64,000 nt of DNA from Candidatus Bathyarchaeia archaeon (GTDB lineage Archaea > Thermoproteota > Bathyarchaeia > TCS64), in contig JBEKDF010000003.1 of the NCBI GenBank assembly GCA_050014495.1, forward strand, positions 60,905 to 124,904. The letters are read 5' to 3'. Below are positions 59,901 through 64,000 of the stretch, piece after piece (the first letter of the stretch is position 1; every line of letters begins with the position of its first letter). Below the pieces are notes generated by a model. It did not search any database. It saw only the letters and a program-made list of their open reading frames with translations, and was not told where the DNA came from. The position numbers were made by a program, and so were the translations under genes.

Positions 59901-61772
59901 CTAAGCTATTTTCACGAGCTGCATCTCGCACAGGCGCCTATACAGCTCGTTCCTCTTGAGCAGCTGAGAGTGAGTCCCCTCAGCCTGGATCTCACCCTGA
60001 TACAGGACGATGATGCGGTCAGCGTCACGCACGGTGCTTACCCGATGCGTTACAATGAGGATTGTCCTATTCTCCATCTCAGTCTTCAATGCATTCTGGA
60101 TAAGCTGCTCGGTGTATGGGTCAACGCTGCTCGTAGCCTCGTCAAGTATGAGTATCTTCGGGTCAACTATGAGTGCCCGAGCTAGACAGACAAGCTGGCG
60201 CTGCCCATAGCTCAGGTTGTTACCCCTCTCACGCACCTCCTCATCGTAACCCTTAGGCAGCTTCATGATGGGGTCGTGGATCCCAACGAGCTTGGTGATT
60301 CTCAGCATATCCTCCTCGGAGGCCTCCGGGCGACCAAACTTGAGGTTGTACCTGAGCGTCCCCTGAAAGAGGTAGGGCTCCTGAAGGACAATGCCGACTT
60401 TGTGGCGGAGCGATTTTAGCTTTACCTTCTTGAGGTCTAGCCCATCTATCAGCACCTCACCAGAATCTGGGTCGTAGAAGCGTCCCACGAGGTTTATGAT
60501 GCTGGACTTCCCCGAGCCGGTTGGACCGAAGATCGCGAGACGCTCTCCCGGCCTCGTCTTGAAGTTGATCCCCTTGAGAACCGGCTGATCCTTGACGTAG
60601 CTGAACTTCACATCCCTCAGCTCGATGATCCCTTCGCCCTCTGGGAACTCGACGGCATCAGGCGCTTCACTCACATCAGGGTTGATGTCCAGCACAACGA
60701 AAATCCTCTCCGCGCCCGCTAAAGCAGCCTGTATCCCGCCATAGAAGGTGCTGATGTTGTTGATTGGGGTCAGGAAGCTGTCACTGTACTGAGTAAAGGC
60801 CACGAGGTTGCCGAGGCTCCTCGCCAGGGCTACGACCTGCTGGCCTCCGACGAACCATATCAGGGCGCTGATGATCGCCGTGAAGAATCCGACGGTGGCC
60901 TCGTAGATGTTCGCGGTCACCTCGGCTCTTATCTGAGCCGTGGCGTTGGCCTGGTTTACCTTGTTGAAGTCGGTGAGGCTTCGCTCCTCCTGAGCCATCG
61001 CCTTGGTAACCTTGGCGCCGTACATTAGGTCCTGAACCTTTGCGGTCATGGAGGCGATGTTGAGTCTGGCAATCCTCCATCTGTTGCGTACGTACTTGTT
61101 CAGAGTCCACGTAACGATCATTATGATCGGAGCCAAAGCTATCGCCACCAGGGCAAGCTGAACATCCAAAAAGAACATCGTGACAAGTATCGCTACGGCG
61201 GTTAACAGGTCGGCGACGACACCGATCATGCCCGAGGAGACAAGCGTCCTCATCGCCTCCGCGTCGTTTGTGACCCTTGACACAAGCTTACCCGTGTTAC
61301 CATACTCGAAGAAGTTCTGGCTCAGTTTCTCAAGTTGTTTGAAGAAATCCGACCTTATGTCGGCTATCATGTGGAAGCCGAGCTTGTTGATGTAGTACTC
61401 CTGGAGGCTCATTACTATCCATAACAGAACGCCAACACCAACATAGACCAGTCCAGCGGAGACGATATTTGTCCAGACGTTCGGTGATCCGCGGGTTACG
61501 AATGAGGAGATCCCCAGCATTATTCTAACGAGCCACTGCTCGTTCGCCTGGGGCTGATTACTGATGAAGTTATCTAAGGTGACCATGTAGATGAACGGCC
61601 CAGCCAAGACTAGAATCGTCTTCAGTACTATGATGAGGCCGACGCCGCCAACGAGGGGTCTGTGTCGGAACATGTAATCCTTCACTATTCTCTTGATTAG
61701 CTGCCAGTCGGTGAACTTTCTCTGCGTTGACTCAAGGGAACCCACGTCGTATCTTCCAGAGTATTCCGCCAT
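59901..61772 (-). CDS. ABC exporter half-transporter (TMD+NBD), consensus catalytic subunit
   Basis: GPTGSGKS, LSYGQ, ILDEAT, THR. Confidence 0.93.
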   Translation of the reverse strand: MAEYSGRYDVGSLESTQRKFTDWQLIKRIVKDYMFRHRPLVGGVGLIIVLKTILVLAGPFIYMVTLDNFISNQPQANEQWLVRIMLGISSFVTRGSPNVWTNIVSAGLVYVGVGVLLWIVMSLQEYYINKLGFHMIADIRSDFFKQLEKLSQNFFEYGNTGKLVSRVTNDAEAMRTLVSSGMIGVVADLLTAVAILVTMFFLDVQLALVAIALAPIIMIVTWTLNKYVRNRWRIARLNIASMTAKVQDLMYGAKVTKAMAQEERSLTDFNKVNQANATAQIRAEVTANIYEATVGFFTAIISALIWFVGGQQVVALARSLGNLVAFTQYSDSFLTPINNISTFYGGIQAALAGAERIFVVLDINPDVSEAPDAVEFPEGEGIIELRDVKFSYVKDQPVLKGINFKTRPGERLAIFGPTGSGKSSIINLVGRFYDPDSGEVLIDGLDLKKVKLKSLRHKVGIVLQEPYLFQGTLRYNLKFGRPEASEEDMLRITKLVGIHDPIMKLPKGYDEEVRERGNNLSYGQRQLVCLARALIVDPKILILDEATSSVDPYTEQLIQNALKTEMENRTILIVTHRVSTVRDADRIIVLYQGEIQAEGTHSQLLKRNELYRRLCEMQLVKIA

Positions 61773-63595
61773 CAGTCATCAGCCTCCTGGTCCATGGTGA
61801 GGGTCTGTGACTCGATCAGGCTACGGTACTTCTCACTCGTCCTAAGTAGCTCAACGTGTTTGCCGATGGCGGCGATGTGCCCCTCATCGACTACAACCAC
61901 CTTGTCGGCGTTTTCACATGTTGATGCACGCTGAGTGATTATCAGCGCTGTTCTACCCACCAGAAGCGCGTCGATGGCCTTCCGAATGAGAACCTCCGTC
62001 TCCGCGTCAACGTTGCTTGTTGAGTCGTCGAGTATCAGAATCGATGGGTTCATGAGCAACACTCGAGCGATGGCGACCCTTTGCCTCTGGCCTCCGCTGA
62101 GGGTGATTCCCCTCTCCCCAACCTCTGTGTCGTACCCCTTTGGTAGAGAGGCTATGTAGTCGTGGATCTGCGCGGCCTTAGCGGCTGCGATGACCTCCTC
62201 ATCCGACGCATCAGGCTTACCAAACGTGATGTTCTCCTTGATTGTCGTTGAGAACATGTAGATGTCCTGAAGAACTATCCCAATCTGGCTACGCAGAGAC
62301 TTTAATGATCCATCACGCACGTCGAAGCCATCAATCAAGACTTGGCCGGCGGTCACATCGTAAAACCGTGGTACAAGCTCCGTCAATGCGCTCTTACCTG
62401 AGCCGACGAAGCCAATAATAGCCACCTTCTCCCCCGATTCAACCTTGAAATTAACATCCTTCAGAGTCTCGGCTGCGCCGTAGCTGAAGGAGACGTTCCT
62501 GAACTCTATCTCACCCTTGAGCCTCTGTAGTTCGATGGGGTGTTCGGGTTCGGGCACGTCTCTGCCTACGTCGATGACCTCGTAAACGCGGCGAGCACTC
62601 ACCAACCCGTCCTGGTAGAAATCGATTAGGCGGGCGTACATCCTAACGGGCCCAACCAGTTGGGTGAAGTATGTTCCGAAGAGCACCAGTTCACCCAAGG
62701 TTAGGCTGCCCCCAACCACTAAGGTTCCGCCGAACACGAGGACCAGGGCTATGCCGACTGCGCTGATTAGTGTGCCGGAAGGTGTGTATGCGGCCTGAAG
62801 TTTGAGGGTCCTCAGGCTCTTCTCGACGTATCCCTGGTTCTCCTTTTCAAACCTACTACCAAAGGTTTCCTCTTGGCCGAAACCCTTGATTAGTTTCTGG
62901 GCCATGATTCCCTCGACTAGGACGCCGTTGAGGGTGTCAAACTGTGACTTTGCGGCGAACATTCGGCTCCTGACCCTCGGCAGGTAGAGCCACGTAGCTA
63001 GGAAGATGAATGGGAGCGTGAGCAGAGTGATGCCCGTCAACCCAGGATTAATGAACAGGAGAATAATGACCGCGATGACCAGCTGAAGGGTCATTCTAAA
63101 CGTCTCCCTGAGTGACTCCGAGTAGAAGAGATCGATGGCGTTCATGTCGCTTGTGACTCTGCTAATGATCTGACCAGTCCTGACCTGACTGAGGTAGCTG
63201 AATGACTTGTTGATCAGGGCGTTGTACAGATCCCGGCGCAGATCGCGGAGAATCTTCTGGCTTAGAACCCCACGGTAGTATCTGTGTATGACGAAGAATA
63301 CGAATCTTGTAATGGCGAGTAGAATGATGAGGCTGACAAGAATGACCAATAAACCATACGGATTCGTGACTCCCGTCCACTGTTTGATCAATTCTAGGAA
63401 CCAGTTCTTATCCCCAGGAACCGGCACCAAAACGTAGTCAATGATGAGCAAGACGAGGAGTGGAGCAAGCAAACTATAAACACCATCCCTACCAAAAGCC
63501 GTGAGATTGATCAAGAGATATGTCCCCATGTAGGGCTTGATCTGTCCCAGCAGGCGCTTCGTCAGGGTCCAGCCACTTGGGTTATATTCTGTCAA
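61772..63595 (-). CDS. ABC exporter half-transporter (TMD+NBD), degenerate NBD; close paralog of 58038-59861
   Basis: GFVGSGKS, LSGGQ, ILDDS, TQR; same 607-aa length with long identical stretches. Confidence 0.92.
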   Translation of the reverse strand: MTEYNPSGWTLTKRLLGQIKPYMGTYLLINLTAFGRDGVYSLLAPLLVLLIIDYVLVPVPGDKNWFLELIKQWTGVTNPYGLLVILVSLIILLAITRFVFFVIHRYYRGVLSQKILRDLRRDLYNALINKSFSYLSQVRTGQIISRVTSDMNAIDLFYSESLRETFRMTLQLVIAVIILLFINPGLTGITLLTLPFIFLATWLYLPRVRSRMFAAKSQFDTLNGVLVEGIMAQKLIKGFGQEETFGSRFEKENQGYVEKSLRTLKLQAAYTPSGTLISAVGIALVLVFGGTLVVGGSLTLGELVLFGTYFTQLVGPVRMYARLIDFYQDGLVSARRVYEVIDVGRDVPEPEHPIELQRLKGEIEFRNVSFSYGAAETLKDVNFKVESGEKVAIIGFVGSGKSALTELVPRFYDVTAGQVLIDGFDVRDGSLKSLRSQIGIVLQDIYMFSTTIKENITFGKPDASDEEVIAAAKAAQIHDYIASLPKGYDTEVGERGITLSGGQRQRVAIARVLLMNPSILILDDSTSNVDAETEVLIRKAIDALLVGRTALIITQRASTCENADKVVVVDEGHIAAIGKHVELLRTSEKYRSLIESQTLTMDQEADD

Positions 63596-63616
63596 ATGCC
63601 CAAACCTGATCCTAGA

Positions 63617-63642
63617 TAGATATATTAGTGATATATGTAGAT
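63617..63642. promoter_or_regulatory. Imperfect palindrome TAGATATAT-TAGTG-ATATATGTA between divergent ABC and PadR genes
   Basis: Read directly in the 67-bp divergent intergenic region. Confidence 0.5.
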
Positions 63643-63662
63643 TTTCATCTTAGGTGAGTGAG

Positions 63663-64000
63663 TTGACTACGATCCTGCCTCGGGAAGAGAGGATTAGCCC
63701 AGTTCAGATGTGGCTATTGTTTGTTTTATCTGATGGGCCTGATTATGGCTATAACCTAATCCAGCGTCTGGATCGGATGTTCCTTGGGTACTGGAAGCCA
63801 AAAGCCGGAACAATATACCCAGCCCTGGATAAGCTCACAAACGAGGGCCTCATATCGAGAAGCCACGAACACAGGGAGGAGGGCTTGGATAGACGTAATT
63901 ATACCATCACGCCGGAAGGTGAGGAGGCTCTACGTAAGGGGATGGATCGCTGGAGCCAAGTCATGGAATATGTTGAACTCTTTGGCGAGAGGCACAGGGC
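63663..64000 (+). CDS. PadR family transcriptional regulator (3'-truncated by window; not in ORF track)
   Basis: TTG 63663: MTTILPREERISPVQMWLLFVLSDGPDYGYNLIQRL...WKPKAGTIYPALDKL..EGLI...RRNYTITPEG. Confidence 0.9.
   Translation, partial: MTTILPREERISPVQMWLLFVLSDGPDYGYNLIQRLDRMFLGYWKPKAGTIYPALDKLTNEGLISRSHEHREEGLDRRNYTITPEGEEALRKGMDRWSQVMEYVELFGERHR

Noticed and set aside
3236..63380. Numerous antisense and alternate-frame ORFs in the track (e.g. 5008-5505, 35877-36350, 38882-39463)
   Set aside because: They are shadows of well-supported genes and carry no motifs.
1..64000. Transposases, integrases, inteins, tRNA introns, rRNA, Sec/Pyl read-through
   Set aside because: None recognised. All three tRNAs are uninterrupted, and the redox genes have Cys codons with no in-frame TGA/TAG evident.

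Overview
Archaeal chromosomal segment, most likely Bathyarchaeia or a related TACK lineage. This is inferred from carS, radB, archaeal-type pgk/glyA, TATA/BRE-like promoters, GGTGA Shine-Dalgarno sites and the S-layer-like gene. The window holds about 55 genes and three intronless tRNAs (Gly-GCC, Pro-TGG, Cys-GCA). Most content is housekeeping, transport or catabolism: ZnuABC, MgtA, HppA, GH116, XPD, ABC exporters and sulfur/redox genes. Standout observations: (1) a ~0.8 kb probably non-coding element (659-1476) made of ~10-bp-phased GTCA-type motifs whose orientation flips near position 880, bracketed by three AATGGTACCA palindromes; (2) a complete NHEJ-type locus (LigD-Pol, Ku, a ligase with C-terminal phosphoesterase, DUF72); (3) a PyrI-PyrE fusion; (4) a MurL-like PP-loop protein; (5) an S-layer-like gene whose promoter has three operators at exact 20-bp spacing and a long 5' hairpin, next to two paralogous RHH-like genes; (6) a pair of M24-fold genes lacking metal ligands plus a deacylase; (7) a heterodimeric ABC exporter with two alternative degenerate half-transporters. 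All family calls come from reading motifs by eye; no database searches were run.
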